From an uncultured Clostridia bacterium (GTDB lineage: Bacteria > Bacillota > Clostridia > Oscillospirales > Oscillospiraceae), in NCBI GenBank assembly GCA_947367115.1, contig CANBCW010000001.1:12296-76295 (forward strand): a DNA stretch of 64,000 nucleotides, given 5' to 3'. Of the stretch, positions 10,179 to 22,859 are shown in pieces. The notes beneath the pieces are model-generated. The model was not told the DNA's origin and did not search any database. It saw only the letters and a program-made list of their open reading frames with translations. The translations under genes and the position numbers were made by a program. The first letter of the stretch is position 1. The number at the start of each line of letters is the position of its first letter.

Positions 10179-10550
10179 ATGAATTTTGGAGAGAATGCAA
10201 AAACACACCAATTCGAGGCTGTGACCGTTCTGGGGCATCCCATGCTGTTCACCAGCGCCCATCTGGACCACAGCACCATCCCCAGAGGTGTTCACCTTTA
10301 TGCAGTCCGACACCACAGCGAGGATTGTGAAAGACCCGTTCAAATCTGCTCTTGGGCAGTTGTAAACCGATACGGTTCCTTGCTGTCCTCCACGCCCATC
10401 CCCCTTAAGCATCATCCTAAATTGGATAACAGATTCAAGGATATTGACCCGAACAGGGATTGGGAACGTGCCGGTTATTCCGTACATCTCCGGGACTATC
10501 TGGAGAACTATCCCGTCCAAAAACCGCGCCGTGTAGATCACGAAAGATGA
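10179..10550 (+). CDS. Large polyvalent protein-associated domain protein (LPD28-like)
   Basis: PMLFT..LD.STIP.G.HLYAVRH pattern. Confidence 0.55.
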   Translation: MNFGENAKTHQFEAVTVLGHPMLFTSAHLDHSTIPRGVHLYAVRHHSEDCERPVQICSWAVVNRYGSLLSSTPIPLKHHPKLDNRFKDIDPNRDWERAGYSVHLRDYLENYPVQKPRRVDHER

Positions 10551-10560
10551 GAGGTAGAAA

Positions 10561-13500
10561 ATGCCCAGTAAACTACAAATCATTAAAGAAATGGCTGCGC
10601 AGGAGGCGCTGAGCATCACCTCCAACACCGAAAGGTTTATGGCCTTCCTGCATACAGCCGCAAACAATTACAAGTACAGCTTTCAGGAACAGTTACTGAT
10701 CCATGCCCAAAAGCCCACCGCGACTGCCTGTGCAGAAATCGACACCTGGAACAAGCTCGGCAGATGGGTCAACAAGGGCACCAGGGGCATTGCCCTGCTG
10801 GTGGACCGGGATATTCCTTACAAGCTGCGCTATGTATTTGACCTATCCGACACCAACAGTCGAACCGGGCGTGAAGTCCGGCTTTGGCAGATGCAGGATC
10901 GCTATTTAGAACCTGTGCAAGAAGCACTTGGCAACAGCTTCGGTGAAACATCGGCCCCCGGTGACTTCCGGGCATTTCTTATGCAGATTGCAGAAAATGC
11001 AGTCAACGACAATTTGGGCGATTATGCGGCCACCTTGTCCGATGTGAAGGGAAACAGCCTTTTAGAAGAACTTGACGAACTGAACACAAAGCAGTGGCTT
11101 CGTCAAACGCTGGTGAGCAGTGTAGGCTACACGGTGTTGACCCGGTGTGGATTTGATGCCAATGAACTCTATACTTTCGAGGACTTCGCCCATGTCCTGG
11201 ACTTCAATACCCATGATACCATCGGTGTTCTGGGTGTCGCCGCCAGTGATATTTCCGAAATGGTTCTGCGTGAAATCGAAGTTACGATCCGAGCCGTCCA
11301 GCGGGAGGAAAAATTCAACGCCCGTACATTTGCCAACCGAGAAGAAAATCGCTATCATGAAGGCAGAAATAAACAAACCGAAAGGAGAATTCAAGATGAA
11401 ACTGACCTATACAACGCAGGGCGATTATCTGCTCCCGAACCTGGAGGTACCGGAGGCTCCCAAAGTGGGCAAGTATGGAATGCTGCGACGCAGCTTCCTT
11501 CGCAACCACCGGAAAGCACTGTACACTGGAATGATGCTGTCAGACCGCTTGAACCGGCATCTGGAGGAAGTGGATCAGCAGGCCAATACCATGCTGGAGA
11601 AGCTCCTGAAGCAGCTGGCTCAGGAACAGGGCGTGACGGAGGAGTTGAAGGCAAAGGATCAGATGCTGTGGGTCCAGCTGATGAACAACCTGCGGCAAGC
11701 AGCCGAGGAGACAGTTCTGGCGGAAGTGGTTTACAGCTAAGTGGTCGTAATGGTAACTTCACATGGGATGTGGAGTTTTACTATCACGATGACGAGAAAA
11801 ACGAGCTGCTCCGTACCTGTGAAAAGTTAAAAGACCACCGTGTAGAAATCGCCGCATTCTTTTCATCCCATCCGGATGATAAGGAACGCGGCGATTTTAT
11901 TAAGGGGTTCTTCGATAATACCTTCATCGAACAGATCCTCAGCAACGGTCAGCGGACCGGTTATCGAGCCTATGACGATATGTTCCATGTTTGGCGCGGT
12001 TCTTATTTGAGCCGCGAACGGGAGGTTTACTACCGTTGGACTCATGTAGCAAAGAACATCGAAGGTATGATGTTGCTGAACCAATGGCTGGCTCCCGACG
12101 AAGTATTCCTCCCCACCGAGGAAATGCAGAAAGAGAAGATTCTCCGTGCGGAGGCAAAAGACGGTACCGGTTTTGACTTCCCCCAAGCAGCGGTCGACCA
12201 TGTTATCACACATGGAAATTCCTATTACCAAGGAAAGCTCGCAATCTACGAATTCTTCGCACAGAACAAGTCCACCCAAGAAAACATCCAATTCCTAAAG
12301 AATTCTTACGGAATAGGCAGACACTCCGATGCAATCCCAGGTAGCGGACTTTGGGAAGATCACGATGCAAAGGGTATTCGGATTTCCCGGTATTCCTCCA
12401 AAACCAAAGATAAAGCTGAAATCCTTTTGACTTGGCCTATGGTGGAAAAGCGTATTCGGGAACTGATTGTTGCGGATCGCTACCTGACCCCAAAGGAAAA
12501 AGAAGCCTATCCCCAGTATGTCCGCACTAAGGCCATCCGAGAAGAACGGCACAAATTGGTGGAGGAGTTCCGTTCCATCATCTATGATCACAACGACTTC
12601 TGGACACAGATCGGCGATAAGGATAAATGCTTTGACCTATATCCCCTCAGTCAGTGTTGGTCCCAATTCAGTATGGGCGAAAAGGCCGTCCGACTGGCTC
12701 AGGGCGATGTATTTGTTCTACCTGCCATGCGAGAAGCCATGGAGCAGGTCATTGCCGCCAATGCTCACCATGCAGAGCGAGCAAAGGCTATGCTGGAAAA
12801 GCTGAATGGCGAAAACGCCCGTCCCATGGAGCCGACCTATGACGAACTGAACCCACCACCTCCTGTCCCCAAGGAGTACAAACTATCTCTGGGCGATACG
12901 CTGTATATCGGTACCCAGCAATACGAGCTTCTTTCCTTGGGGAATGAAGAAGCGACTCTGTTTGACCCAGCATTTCCGCTGTTCCACAAGGTCTATCCCC
13001 GGCAGGAGTTCTTCGACTTACTAAAAGAAAACCCGCTAAATGATAAGTATTTGCGCGAGGTGGAAATTGCTCCGGAAGTTGCAGAGCCTGCCGGCAATAC
13101 TCTCTCTGATGTAAAAGCCGCCCCTTCCATTTCTGCGGAGCCGCCGGGTGTCCCCTTGGACGACCCCAAACGATACTCTATTCGGCTGTTACCCGGTGAA
13201 GACGGCATTATGGGTCTTTGGGACGCTTCCCATAATTGTTTCCATGAAGAAAACGGACACATCTTCCGTTTTGCCGAGCAGAAAAACGCAGAAAACTATC
13301 TTATCAGTTTTCAACGGGTTGCGGGTAATGAGCCGGATGTGGTTATGACTACCCCCAATGGAAAGGAATACCGCAAGGGTGCTGCTTTTATTGCCGGCGA
13401 CGAGCTGATTGGTCATGCCGTTGCGGTTATCCAGAACATCGATCCGGATGATGTATGGTACACATTCCCTCTGGAGCTTCCGTCACAGGACTCCATCCAG

Positions 13501-16500
13501 ATGAGCCGAGAGGACTTTGAAAGAAATCTTGATAAAGGCAATCTGGTTATGGCTTCTCCTACCTTCCTCCAGGAAGTAGCGGAGGCCCAACGCCTGATTC
13601 ATGACTTTATTCAGCAAGAGTACGGCATAGATTACAGTCTGGAGCAGGACGGCAATCTTATCCCCATCGCAACCACACTCACCGACAATGATCTGCACAC
13701 CATTATGGTCTATGCAGACTTAGTGAACGCCGCTATCGTCACCAAAATGGACGGCATTGTGGCCAAAAAGGAGCAATTCCCCAATCTGGAAGCCATGCTG
13801 GAGCAAAGACTGCGGCATATGGACCTGAAAGAATTGACCACGGTAGATATGTCCACCGTTTTCATGGCTGGCAAGGTTGACTACCTCTCTACCAACGGAA
13901 CCGTCGCATATACGGCGGAGTTCCTGGACGGAGATGCACTGGTTCAGGAGGTTCTGGACTGTAACAACAGCGGTGTACCCATCAGTGTCACCCTGTACTG
14001 GGACGAAAAAGGGAAAACCATCTCTACTGGTTTTCTGGACAGCTTGGATTCTTCTGTCCATGGCGTTCATAGAACGGAAAACCCATATCTTCCCCGCACC
14101 GGTGTTACAGCAGAAGACTTGTTCGCCAAAGCCACGGAGCTGATTGATGAATACTGCGAACTGGAGTTCGGTTCTCCCGGCGAATATGACGATCTTCGCA
14201 GCATCCCCATCGGTCATACAACTATCACCGATGCCGAAATCCCCATCCAAATCAATGTGAACCTCATTGATTTTTCTTTGGATCGGTACATTGAGGGCGT
14301 GATTGTCGATCAGCGAAAATATGACACGCTGGAAGCCTTCATCGAGAATGAGTTATCAAATCTGTCTTTTGAGGATCTGATTTCCTTCACCGATGAGCAG
14401 TTGGCGAAGGTTGCCATCAGGTCGGATGATATTCTCTGGCAGTACGCCGTGGGCGATACTGTCTATCTGGACGATACCGCCTTCCGTATCGAGCAAATTC
14501 GTGACCACGAAGTTCAGCTGCGTGACCCCACATTGGCATATCCCGTGTTCCGGGTGGAAAACAAGGAACGGTTTGAAGCCATGCTTTCCCTGGACGAACG
14601 AAACAACCGTTTTCGTGAAGTCCCCATTCAGCCTCCCACAGTTTTGGCACCGCCTGCACCCAAGCCCCAAGTGCGGACTTCGGCTACCATTTTACTCCCT
14701 GAGATTCCATCCAACCAGCGACACAATTACCGCATCACTGACGATGATTTAGGTGTGGGCACACCCAGCCAGCGGTATGCCAACAATGTGGCTGCCATCC
14801 AGCTGTTGAAGCAGTTGGAGGCAGAGAATAGGCTGGCAACACCGGAAGAGCAGGAAGTGCTGTCCCAGTATGTTGGCTGGGGTGGTCTGTCTGCCTGCTT
14901 TGAGGAAAAGCACAGCCGCTATCAGGAACTGAAATCCTTACTGACTGAAGAAGAATATGCAGCCGCCAGGGAATCTTCCTTGACGGCATTTTACACGCCT
15001 CCGGTGGTTATTCGCGCCATGTACAAGGCGTTGGAGAGCATGAACTTCAAGCAGGGCAACATTTTGGAGCCCTCCTGCGGTGTGGGTAATTTCCTTGGTA
15101 TGATTCCCGACAGCATGGCACAGTCGCAGCTGTACGGTGTAGAACTGGACAGCATCTCCGGCCGGATCGCCCAGCAGTTGTATCAGAAATCCTCCATCGC
15201 TGTGCAGGGCTTTGAAAAAACCGAGCTGCCCGACAGCTTCTTTGATGCAGCGATTGGCAATGTCCCTTTCGGTCAGTTCAAAGTCCCCGACAAGCAGTAT
15301 GATAAGCACAATTTCCTGATCCACGATTACTTCTTTGCCCGAACCTTGGACAAGGTTCGTCCCGGTGGTATCGTGGCATTCATCACTTCCAAGGGCACTA
15401 TGGACAAGGAAAATCCTGCTGTACGAAAGCATATCGCACAGCGAGCAGACCTGTTGGGTGCCATTCGCTTGCCTAATGATACCTTTAAGAGTGCTGCCGG
15501 CACGGAAGTTACCTCCGACATCATCTTCCTGCAGAAGCGGGACCGTATGGTGGACATTGAGCCTGCGTGGGTGCATCTGAACACCGACGCTAACGGACAC
15601 AAGATGAACCAATACTTCGTGGACAACCCAGATATGATCTTGGGCGACATGAAAGAAGTATCCGGTCCCTTTGGTCCGGAACTGGCGTGCGTTCCCTTTG
15701 AAAACCTGTCCCTGGAAGAATTACTTTCCGACGCCATTCAGAACATCCATGCAGAGATTACCGAATACGATCTGGACGAGGTTTTGGACGGTGAAGAAGA
15801 TCTGTCCATCCCGGCTCTGCCGAATGTGCGGAACTTCAGCTATGCAGTTGTGGAGGGTAAGGTTTACTACCGTGAGAACAGCCGCATGAATCCGGTGGAT
15901 GTATCTGCCACTGCTGAAAGCCGTATCAAGGGCTTAATTGCCATCCGGGATAGTGTCCGTCAGCTGATCGAGTATCAGACAGAGGACTTCCCGGAATCCT
16001 TTATTGCCGCTGAGCAGATCAAGCTGAATAATCTTTACGACGAGTTTTCCAAGAAGTACGGCCTTATCAATTCCAGAGCCAATACCTCTGCATTCAGCGC
16101 AGACAGTTCCTACTGCCTGCTGGCATCTCTGGAGATTCTGGATGATGAGGGCAACTTCGTCCGGAAAGCAGATATGTTCACCAAGCGCACCATCCGTCAA
16201 AAGGTGGTTGTTACCTCTGTGGACACCGCTTCGGAAGCACTTGCCTTGTCACTGGCTGAAAAAGCAAGGATCGATATGCCCTACATGGAGCAGTTGACCG
16301 GCAAAACGGAAGAACAGCTCTATCGTGATTTGAGAGGCGTTATTTTCTTAGATCCTGCCGCATCCTTCGGCAGTCCCAAGTATCTGCCTGCGGATGAATA
16401 CCTGTCCGGCAATGTCCGTAAAAAGCTGGAATTTGCCAAGAAGCTTGTGGAGGAATACCCGGAGTATCAGCCGAATGTGGAAGCACTTGAAAAGGTGCAG

Positions 16501-19482
16501 CCACAAGATCTGTCTGCCAGTGAGATCTCCGTCCGGTTGGGTGCTACTTGGCTTCCTCCCGATGTGGTGGAGGACTTCATGTATCAGCTGTTCGGTACAC
16601 CCCGGTATGCCCAGTGGAAGGTCAAAGTCCGTTATACGCCGCTCACCGGTGAATGGAATGTGTCCGAAAAGAACTATGACCGCAGCAATGTGAAAGCGGC
16701 AAACACCTATGGCACCACTCGTATCAATGGCTATAAGATCATCGAGGAAACGCTGAACCTGAAGGATGTACGGATCTTCGACTATGTCTATGATGCCAAC
16801 GGCAAGAAAACACCGGTGCTGAACAAAAAGGAAACCGCCATTGCCCAAGGCAAGCAGGAACTGATCAAGCAGGCGTTCCAGGATTGGATTTGGAAAGATC
16901 CGCACCGCAGAGAGCGCCTTTGCAGGCTTTACAACGAGAAGTTCAACTCCATCCGTCCCCGTGAATACGATGGCAGTCACTTGAACTTTGTAGGTATGAA
17001 CCCGGAAATCAAACTGCGGCCCCATCAGGTCAACGCCATCGCCCATATCCTTTACGGTGGCAACACTTTGCTTGCCCATGTGGTTGGCGCAGGTAAGACC
17101 TTTGAAATGGTAGCCGCAGCCATGGAGAGCAAGCGGCTTGGCCTGTGTCAAAAGTCTTTGTTCGTTGTTCCAAACCATCTGACAGAGCAATGGGCGTCCG
17201 AGTTCCTGCAGCTATACCCCTCTGCCAACATCCTTGTGGCAACCAAAAAGGACTTTGAAGCGAAGAACCGGAAGAAGTTCTGCGGTAGAATTGCCACCGG
17301 CGACTATGATGCCATCATCATCGGTCACAGCCAGTTTGAGAAGATCCCCATGTCCGTAGAACGGCAGAAAGCGATCCTGCAGCAGCAGATCGACGAGGTT
17401 ATGACCGGCATTGCCCAAGCCAAGCGAGATCGTGCGGAGAATTTCACCGTCAAGCAGATGGAGAAAACCCGTAAATCGCTGCAAGCAAAGCTGGAGAAGC
17501 TGAACGACCAGACCCGTAAGGATGACCTTGTTACCTTTGAGGAATTGGGCGTAGACCGCATTTTTGTGGACGAAGCCCACTACTACAAGAATCTTGCCGC
17601 ATACTCCAAGATGCGCAATGTGGGTGGCATCTCCCAGACGGAAGCACAAAAGTCCAGCGACCTTTATATGAAGTGCCGCTACCTGGACGAGATCACCGGA
17701 GGCCGTGGCATTATCTTTGCTACCGGCACCCCCATTTCCAACTCCATGGTGGAGATGTACACCATGCAGAAGTATCTGCAGTACAGCACACTGAAGGATA
17801 ACGATCTGCTGCACTTCGATGCCTGGGCGTCCAACTTCGGTGAAACGGTGACTGCCATTGAGCTTGCCCCGGAAGGCTCCGGCTATCGGGCAAAGACCCG
17901 GTTCTCCCGGTTCTACAACCTCCCGGAACTGATGGCCATGTTCAAGGAGGTGGCTGACATCCAGACAGCGGATATGCTCAATCTTCCTGTCCCCAAAGCG
18001 AACTTCCACAATGTTGTTCTGAAACCTTCCGATCAGCAGAAGGAAATGGTTGCCTCCCTATCGGAACGGGCAGAGCGTGTCCGCAATAAGATGGTAGATT
18101 CGTCTGTTGACAATATGCTACTGATTACCAACGATGGCAGAAAGCTGGCATTGGATCAGCGGCTTATGAGTCCCATGCTGGGTGACAGCGAAACCAGCAA
18201 GTCCGGTGCCTGCGCCGACGCCGTATTTGATATATGGCAGCAGCACTCCGACACCGCATCTACGCAGCTTGTGTTCTGCGACCTGTCCACGCCCCACAAT
18301 GACGGTGCTTTCAATGTCTACGATGATGTGCGTGACAAGCTGATTGCCAAGGGTATTCCTGCAGAGCAAATCGCCTATATCCACAATGCTAATACCGAGG
18401 CACAGAAGAAGGAACTGTTTGGCAAGGTTCGCTCCGGGCAAGTCCGTGTTCTTTTAGGTTCTACCCAAAAGATGGGTGCTGGTACGAATGTACAGCAGCG
18501 GCTTATCGCCTTGCACCATTTGGATTGCCCGTGGCGACCCAGTGACCTGCAGCAGAGGGAAGGCCGTATTGTCCGGCAAGGCAATATGCACGACGAGGTG
18601 GACATTTACACCTATGTCACCGAGAACACCTTTGATAGCTACTTGTATCAGCTGGTGGAATCCAAGCAGAAATTTATCGGTCAGATCATGACCTCCAAAT
18701 CTCCCGTGAGATCCGCAGAGGACATTGACGAAACCGCATTGTCCTACGCTGAAATCAAGGCGCTGTGTACCGGCAATCCTTACATCAAGGAGAAGATGGA
18801 CCTGGATATTGATGTGCAGAGGTTACGGCTTATGAAAGCCTCCCATCTGAGCCAGAGGTACGCATTGGAGGATAAGATCATCAAGGAATTTCCGCAGCAG
18901 ATCGCAGCCTATGAACAGCTGCTGAAAGGCTTGGATGCCGATATTGCCCACGCCAAGGAGCATACCCACCCCAATGAGGATGGTTTCTCTCCCATGGTTG
19001 TCGAGGATATCTGCCACAGCAGCAAGAAAGCAGCCGGTTCTGCCATTTTGGAAGTCTGCAGTAATATGACCAGCCCCGATCCCATTCCCCTCGGAATGTA
19101 TCGGGGTTTTTCTATGAAACTGCATTTTGACAGCATGAAACGGGAATTTGTCATCACGCTGCAGGGACAGCTCAGCTATCCAGTCTCCTTGGGCACCGAC
19201 CTGTTCGGCAACATTCAGCGTTTGGACAATGTGATTGAAAGCTTCCCTGACCGCATGAACAACTGCAGAACGCTGCTGGACAATGTGTACCAGCAGTTGG
19301 AAGCAGCGAAGGTGGAAGTGGAAGCCCCCTTCCCCAGGGAGGCAGAGTTGCAGACCAAATCCGCCCGTCTGGACGAGCTCAACATCCTGCTTAACTTGGA
19401 TAAGAAGGAAAATGAGATCGTTGACGGAGATCGTGCTGACGATGACGGCGAAAGACCCGCCGCAGACAGAGGGGCAAGGTGA
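10561..19482 (+). CDS. Giant polyvalent protein: ArdC-N-like domain, N6-adenine methyltransferase and SNF2/SF2 helicase (DarB-like)
   Basis: [15 protein letters not shown]-terminus; [11 protein letters not shown] and GNVPFG methyltransferase motifs; [28 protein letters not shown] helicase motifs. Confidence 0.9.
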   Translation: MPSKLQIIKEMAAQEALSITSNTERFMAFLHTAANNYKYSFQEQLLIHAQKPTATACAEIDTWNKLGRWVNKGTRGIALLVDRDIPYKLRYVFDLSDTNSRTGREVRLWQMQDRYLEPVQEALGNSFGETSAPGDFRAFLMQIAENAVNDNLGDYAATLSDVKGNSLLEELDELNTKQWLRQTLVSSVGYTVLTRCGFDANELYTFEDFAHVLDFNTHDTIGVLGVAASDISEMVLREIEVTIRAVQREEKFNARTFANREENRYHEGRNKQTERRIQDETDLYNAGRLSAPEPGGTGGSQSGQVWNAATQLPSQPPESTVHWNDAVRPLEPASGGSGSAGQYHAGEAPEAAGSGTGRDGGVEGKGSDAVGPADEQPAASSRGDSSGGSGLQLSGRNGNFTWDVEFYYHDDEKNELLRTCEKLKDHRVEIAAFFSSHPDDKERGDFIKGFFDNTFIEQILSNGQRTGYRAYDDMFHVWRGSYLSREREVYYRWTHVAKNIEGMMLLNQWLAPDEVFLPTEEMQKEKILRAEAKDGTGFDFPQAAVDHVITHGNSYYQGKLAIYEFFAQNKSTQENIQFLKNSYGIGRHSDAIPGSGLWEDHDAKGIRISRYSSKTKDKAEILLTWPMVEKRIRELIVADRYLTPKEKEAYPQYVRTKAIREERHKLVEEFRSIIYDHNDFWTQIGDKDKCFDLYPLSQCWSQFSMGEKAVRLAQGDVFVLPAMREAMEQVIAANAHHAERAKAMLEKLNGENARPMEPTYDELNPPPPVPKEYKLSLGDTLYIGTQQYELLSLGNEEATLFDPAFPLFHKVYPRQEFFDLLKENPLNDKYLREVEIAPEVAEPAGNTLSDVKAAPSISAEPPGVPLDDPKRYSIRLLPGEDGIMGLWDASHNCFHEENGHIFRFAEQKNAENYLISFQRVAGNEPDVVMTTPNGKEYRKGAAFIAGDELIGHAVAVIQNIDPDDVWYTFPLELPSQDSIQMSREDFERNLDKGNLVMASPTFLQEVAEAQRLIHDFIQQEYGIDYSLEQDGNLIPIATTLTDNDLHTIMVYADLVNAAIVTKMDGIVAKKEQFPNLEAMLEQRLRHMDLKELTTVDMSTVFMAGKVDYLSTNGTVAYTAEFLDGDALVQEVLDCNNSGVPISVTLYWDEKGKTISTGFLDSLDSSVHGVHRTENPYLPRTGVTAEDLFAKATELIDEYCELEFGSPGEYDDLRSIPIGHTTITDAEIPIQINVNLIDFSLDRYIEGVIVDQRKYDTLEAFIENELSNLSFEDLISFTDEQLAKVAIRSDDILWQYAVGDTVYLDDTAFRIEQIRDHEVQLRDPTLAYPVFRVENKERFEAMLSLDERNNRFREVPIQPPTVLAPPAPKPQVRTSATILLPEIPSNQRHNYRITDDDLGVGTPSQRYANNVAAIQLLKQLEAENRLATPEEQEVLSQYVGWGGLSACFEEKHSRYQELKSLLTEEEYAAARESSLTAFYTPPVVIRAMYKALESMNFKQGNILEPSCGVGNFLGMIPDSMAQSQLYGVELDSISGRIAQQLYQKSSIAVQGFEKTELPDSFFDAAIGNVPFGQFKVPDKQYDKHNFLIHDYFFARTLDKVRPGGIVAFITSKGTMDKENPAVRKHIAQRADLLGAIRLPNDTFKSAAGTEVTSDIIFLQKRDRMVDIEPAWVHLNTDANGHKMNQYFVDNPDMILGDMKEVSGPFGPELACVPFENLSLEELLSDAIQNIHAEITEYDLDEVLDGEEDLSIPALPNVRNFSYAVVEGKVYYRENSRMNPVDVSATAESRIKGLIAIRDSVRQLIEYQTEDFPESFIAAEQIKLNNLYDEFSKKYGLINSRANTSAFSADSSYCLLASLEILDDEGNFVRKADMFTKRTIRQKVVVTSVDTASEALALSLAEKARIDMPYMEQLTGKTEEQLYRDLRGVIFLDPAASFGSPKYLPADEYLSGNVRKKLEFAKKLVEEYPEYQPNVEALEKVQPQDLSASEISVRLGATWLPPDVVEDFMYQLFGTPRYAQWKVKVRYTPLTGEWNVSEKNYDRSNVKAANTYGTTRINGYKIIEETLNLKDVRIFDYVYDANGKKTPVLNKKETAIAQGKQELIKQAFQDWIWKDPHRRERLCRLYNEKFNSIRPREYDGSHLNFVGMNPEIKLRPHQVNAIAHILYGGNTLLAHVVGAGKTFEMVAAAMESKRLGLCQKSLFVVPNHLTEQWASEFLQLYPSANILVATKKDFEAKNRKKFCGRIATGDYDAIIIGHSQFEKIPMSVERQKAILQQQIDEVMTGIAQAKRDRAENFTVKQMEKTRKSLQAKLEKLNDQTRKDDLVTFEELGVDRIFVDEAHYYKNLAAYSKMRNVGGISQTEAQKSSDLYMKCRYLDEITGGRGIIFATGTPISNSMVEMYTMQKYLQYSTLKDNDLLHFDAWASNFGETVTAIELAPEGSGYRAKTRFSRFYNLPELMAMFKEVADIQTADMLNLPVPKANFHNVVLKPSDQQKEMVASLSERAERVRNKMVDSSVDNMLLITNDGRKLALDQRLMSPMLGDSETSKSGACADAVFDIWQQHSDTASTQLVFCDLSTPHNDGAFNVYDDVRDKLIAKGIPAEQIAYIHNANTEAQKKELFGKVRSGQVRVLLGSTQKMGAGTNVQQRLIALHHLDCPWRPSDLQQREGRIVRQGNMHDEVDIYTYVTENTFDSYLYQLVESKQKFIGQIMTSKSPVRSAEDIDETALSYAEIKALCTGNPYIKEKMDLDIDVQRLRLMKASHLSQRYALEDKIIKEFPQQIAAYEQLLKGLDADIAHAKEHTHPNEDGFSPMVVEDICHSSKKAAGSAILEVCSNMTSPDPIPLGMYRGFSMKLHFDSMKREFVITLQGQLSYPVSLGTDLFGNIQRLDNVIESFPDRMNNCRTLLDNVYQQLEAAKVEVEAPFPREAELQTKSARLDELNILLNLDKKENEIVDGDRADDDGERPAADRGAR
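11396..11740 (+). CDS. tnpV: TnpV-family protein nested out of frame inside the giant gene
   Basis: Own RBS AAGGAG at 11382; [16 protein letters not shown] and [20 protein letters not shown] motifs. Confidence 0.8.
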   Translation: MKLTYTTQGDYLLPNLEVPEAPKVGKYGMLRRSFLRNHRKALYTGMMLSDRLNRHLEEVDQQANTMLEKLLKQLAQEQGVTEELKAKDQMLWVQLMNNLRQAAEETVLAEVVYS

Positions 19483-19486
19483 CATT

Positions 19487-20428
19487 ATGGCATACGCTAC
19501 TCCAGAAGAAATTGCACAGGCAAAGCAAATGGATCTGCTGACCTATCTGCGAAACTACGAGCCTGGCAAGCTTGTGAAGGTCGCCAACGGCACTTACTGC
19601 ACCCGTGAGCATGACAGTTTGAAAATCAGCAACGGCAAGTGGTACTGGTTCTCCCGAAGCATCGGTGGAACCTCTGCCCTTGACTATCTCATTCACGTGA
19701 AAGGATACTCCCTTCCTGGGGCTGTTGAGGTCATTCTGGGCCGCTCTTTGGAGAAACCTCCGGTGTCATATAAGCAGCCAGATCGGTCCGTCAAGACACT
19801 TCTGTTGCCCCAGCGAAACGACAATTCGCGGAAGGTCACTACCTATCTGAGAACACGGGGCATCCACCCGGCTATCCTTGATTTTTGCTACCGCAACAAT
19901 CTGCTATACGAGGGGATGCCCTATCACAATGCTGTTTTTATCGGCTATGACGAAAACCATTCTCCAAAATATGCAGCCTTACGCGGAACTGTTGGCAACT
20001 ACAAAGGAGAAGCCAGTGGAAGTGATAAGCAGTATTCCTTCAATATTCCCGCAATGGGCAAAGCAGAAACTGTCCATGTATTTGAGTCTGCCATTGACCT
20101 GCTTAGCTATGCATCCACGGAATACATGGCCGGCAGGAACTGGCGCAGAGAGCATCTACTGTCCCTAGCCGGAGTATTCAAGACAGCACGACCGGATGTT
20201 GTGCCTGTCGCTCTGCAGCGGTTTCTCAAAGCACACCCAGAAACCCACACCTTGAACCTGCATCTGGACGCAGATGAGGTCGGGCGTGGTGCTACGGCGG
20301 GCATTCTTTCTGGCCTTGGAGATCGCTACACGATCACAGATAACCCGCCGAAGCACGGAAAAGACATGAACGATGAGCTGCGCTATCAGCTCGCAAAAAT
20401 TAAGAGGAAGGAGAATCAGACCAGATAA
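19487..20428 (+). CDS. DUF3991/Toprim primase-like protein
   Basis: HDSLKISNGKWYWFSR, VFESAIDLLSY, LDADEVG, KDMNDEL. Confidence 0.85.
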   Translation: MAYATPEEIAQAKQMDLLTYLRNYEPGKLVKVANGTYCTREHDSLKISNGKWYWFSRSIGGTSALDYLIHVKGYSLPGAVEVILGRSLEKPPVSYKQPDRSVKTLLLPQRNDNSRKVTTYLRTRGIHPAILDFCYRNNLLYEGMPYHNAVFIGYDENHSPKYAALRGTVGNYKGEASGSDKQYSFNIPAMGKAETVHVFESAIDLLSYASTEYMAGRNWRREHLLSLAGVFKTARPDVVPVALQRFLKAHPETHTLNLHLDADEVGRGATAGILSGLGDRYTITDNPPKHGKDMNDELRYQLAKIKRKENQTR

Positions 20429-21153
20429 TGAAAATCAAAATCTATCAAATCAACATGGAGCGAGATGACGAAGGCTGTGCCTTTATGGGCATGGATTTCT
20501 TGAACCGGAAGTTAGGAGTGGACCATCCGGCCAGCGAGATCTACGAGCAGGTATTCAATGGCGAAATTGACGGCAAATCTCCCGAAGATGTGTTTGCCAA
20601 GTTCACCTGGGATCATCCCGAAGATTACCGGGGCAGATCCCTTTCTGTTTCCGATGTAGTGGAAATCATCGATGGTGCAGAAGTAGAACCCGGTTTTTAT
20701 TTCTGTGACAGTATCGGCTTCAAAAAGGTGGAGTTCGATACCAACCGTGTCCCTATCAAGAAGGACAAGATCGCTGTTGTGCTTCTGGAACCCGGCAAGC
20801 TCGCCAGAGTGGAGAAGATCGACGCTTCTTTGGCCGGTCTGCAAGGAGCCGTAGGCGGCAGCATCGAACCAATGTATCCCTTTGAAGAAGAAGTCTGTAT
20901 CATCTGTAATGAAGAAGGAAAAATCCTCGGCATGCCTCTGAACCGATCTATCCGCATGGAAGGTCAGATCGTGGATATTATTGCTGGCACCTGCTTCGTA
21001 TGCGATTGCAGCACCTCCAGCTTCGGAAGCCTCTCACAGGAACAACAGCAGAAGTATCTGCGAATGTTCAATTATCCCGAACGTTTTCTGAGGATCAATG
21101 GGGAGATTGCTGCTCTGAAGTATAACCCCGGTGAAAAAGGAAAGGACCGGTGA
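20428..21153 (+). CDS. YodL + DUF3846-like protein
   Basis: HPEDYRGRSLSVSDVV and FCDSIGF; LQGAVGGSIE and ICNEEGK..GMPLNR. Confidence 0.75.
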   Translation: MKIKIYQINMERDDEGCAFMGMDFLNRKLGVDHPASEIYEQVFNGEIDGKSPEDVFAKFTWDHPEDYRGRSLSVSDVVEIIDGAEVEPGFYFCDSIGFKKVEFDTNRVPIKKDKIAVVLLEPGKLARVEKIDASLAGLQGAVGGSIEPMYPFEEEVCIICNEEGKILGMPLNRSIRMEGQIVDIIAGTCFVCDCSTSSFGSLSQEQQQKYLRMFNYPERFLRINGEIAALKYNPGEKGKDR

Positions 21154-21156
21154 CTT

Positions 21157-21879
21157 ATGAACGAAACCAACGAAACCATCCGGGTTCTCCTTTTGGAACC
21201 CGGCAAGCGAGCAAGAATTGTGACCGTTCAGGGCGATACCAACAGCCTGCGACAAACTCTGGGCGGCGATTTTGAGCCGATTCATTCACTTTCCGAAAAT
21301 GTATGCGTCTTGGGAAGAACGGGAGCACAGGCGGCGCAAATGCCTGTAAATCGCACCCTTCGGACACAGGACGAATTTTGTGATATGTCCTACCAGCAGT
21401 TGACTGCAAAGTTCTATGAACAGGAGTCCGATCCCTCCAAAGAGCATTTGACCGGCTACATCGTATTCACCCAGGACAGTTTTTCTCAACCTTATCCCGA
21501 AGTGTCCCGCACCTATGTGGTATCCAGTAACAACAAGGCTTTCATCCCCGGCATGGGCGGCTATTCCATCTATGGCGGTTCGCTGGATCGGACAGATCCC
21601 TGCGTCCGCTTGGAAGGCTATATGGCAGTCGAGCATGGCGGCAAAGATGGCTGGAAGATTGAACGCTGTTGCCTTGTGAAAGAAGGCAAGGAGATTACCG
21701 CTGTCGCTTATGGTCCCTGCCTGATTTGTGGCAGCAAGGATGGCAAAATTTCCAGCCTGCAGGAAGCTGACCTTTACTGGCTCAAGGACAAATATCATCT
21801 TCCGGAAAGAGTACAGGAAGTGGACGGGAAGCTGCAGGCCACTTCTTTCTATCCCGGAGAGCGTAATCATGGGCGATAA
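21157..21879 (+). CDS. DUF3846-like protein with an inserted domain
   Basis: VLLLEPGK N-terminus shared with the second domain of the preceding gene. Confidence 0.6.
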   Translation: MNETNETIRVLLLEPGKRARIVTVQGDTNSLRQTLGGDFEPIHSLSENVCVLGRTGAQAAQMPVNRTLRTQDEFCDMSYQQLTAKFYEQESDPSKEHLTGYIVFTQDSFSQPYPEVSRTYVVSSNNKAFIPGMGGYSIYGGSLDRTDPCVRLEGYMAVEHGGKDGWKIERCCLVKEGKEITAVAYGPCLICGSKDGKISSLQEADLYWLKDKYHLPERVQEVDGKLQATSFYPGERNHGR

Positions 21880-22027
21880 AAAGACCTTTTCGGACGAAGA
21901 ATTTTGCAGGCTAAAAAGACTGCTGTGGGCCTACATCAGCAAATCCAAATGGGATGAAAAAATGAACATCCGGCGGGAGCGTTGGCTGTGGGAACGCGGC
22001 AATAATCAATCCAAAATCAAAAATTAA
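21869..22027 (+). CDS. Small hypothetical protein
   Basis: GGAG upstream of ATG; fills the operon gap. Confidence 0.35.
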   Translation: MGDKKTFSDEEFCRLKRLLWAYISKSKWDEKMNIRRERWLWERGNNQSKIKN

Positions 22028-22049
22028 ACATTATACGGAGGAATTAATT

Positions 22050-22838
22050 ATGAAGAAAGCAATGGCAATTTTTCTGAGTGCAGTTATGATGATCGTCATG
22101 CTGACCGGCTGTATCCATCAGGATATGGGTGTCAAGATGAACAAGGACGGTACCGGTGCTGTTACCACCACCCTGGGCATCGAGAAGGAGTTCTATAACA
22201 GCCTGAAAGAAATGGGCAGTGACCCCTTTGAAGGCAAGACCGTTACCGAGTATGAATATGACGGTTCCACCTATGTCGCCTGCTCCGAAACCAAGGAATA
22301 TGCTTCCTACGAGGATATGGAAAAAGCACTTCTGGAACTGACCTACGAAACCAAGCTGATCGAGGACGCACAGGGAGATGACTCTGTCACAGATGAAACC
22401 AATCCGACCGAGGACAGCATTTTTGATGTAGTCATCGATGAAGATACGGATACCACTCCCGACAATGCGGAACCGGAAAACGATAACCACATTTTCTCTT
22501 CCATTCGGATTGAGAAAAAGCGTGAGCTGTTCCGCACCACCTATTCCTTCAACGCACAGCTAAATCCCCAGAACGCAGAAGCTGTGGATTATGACCCCAA
22601 CGAAACCTTTAAGGTGACGCTCTCCGTTGAAATGCCCGCTGAGATCACCGAAGCCAAGGGCGGTGACGCTGAAGGTAACAAGGTTGTTTTTGACATCACC
22701 GACATTACCGAAAAGCAGGAATTTACCGCCGCCAGCGAAGTGAACCACACCGGTGTGGTCATTGGCATCATCGCCGCTGTGGTTGCTGTTGCGGCACTGA
22801 CTGTCGGCCTGATTTATATGTCCAAGCACAAGAAGTAA
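22050..22838 (+). CDS. Acidic lipoprotein with C-terminal TM anchor
   Basis: Lipobox LTGC; C-terminal hydrophobic helix followed by KHKK; RBS GGAGG. Confidence 0.8.
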   Translation: MKKAMAIFLSAVMMIVMLTGCIHQDMGVKMNKDGTGAVTTTLGIEKEFYNSLKEMGSDPFEGKTVTEYEYDGSTYVACSETKEYASYEDMEKALLELTYETKLIEDAQGDDSVTDETNPTEDSIFDVVIDEDTDTTPDNAEPENDNHIFSSIRIEKKRELFRTTYSFNAQLNPQNAEAVDYDPNETFKVTLSVEMPAEITEAKGGDAEGNKVVFDITDITEKQEFTAASEVNHTGVVIGIIAAVVAVAALTVGLIYMSKHKK

Positions 22839-22859
22839 TGGTAACCGGGGCCTCTGACT

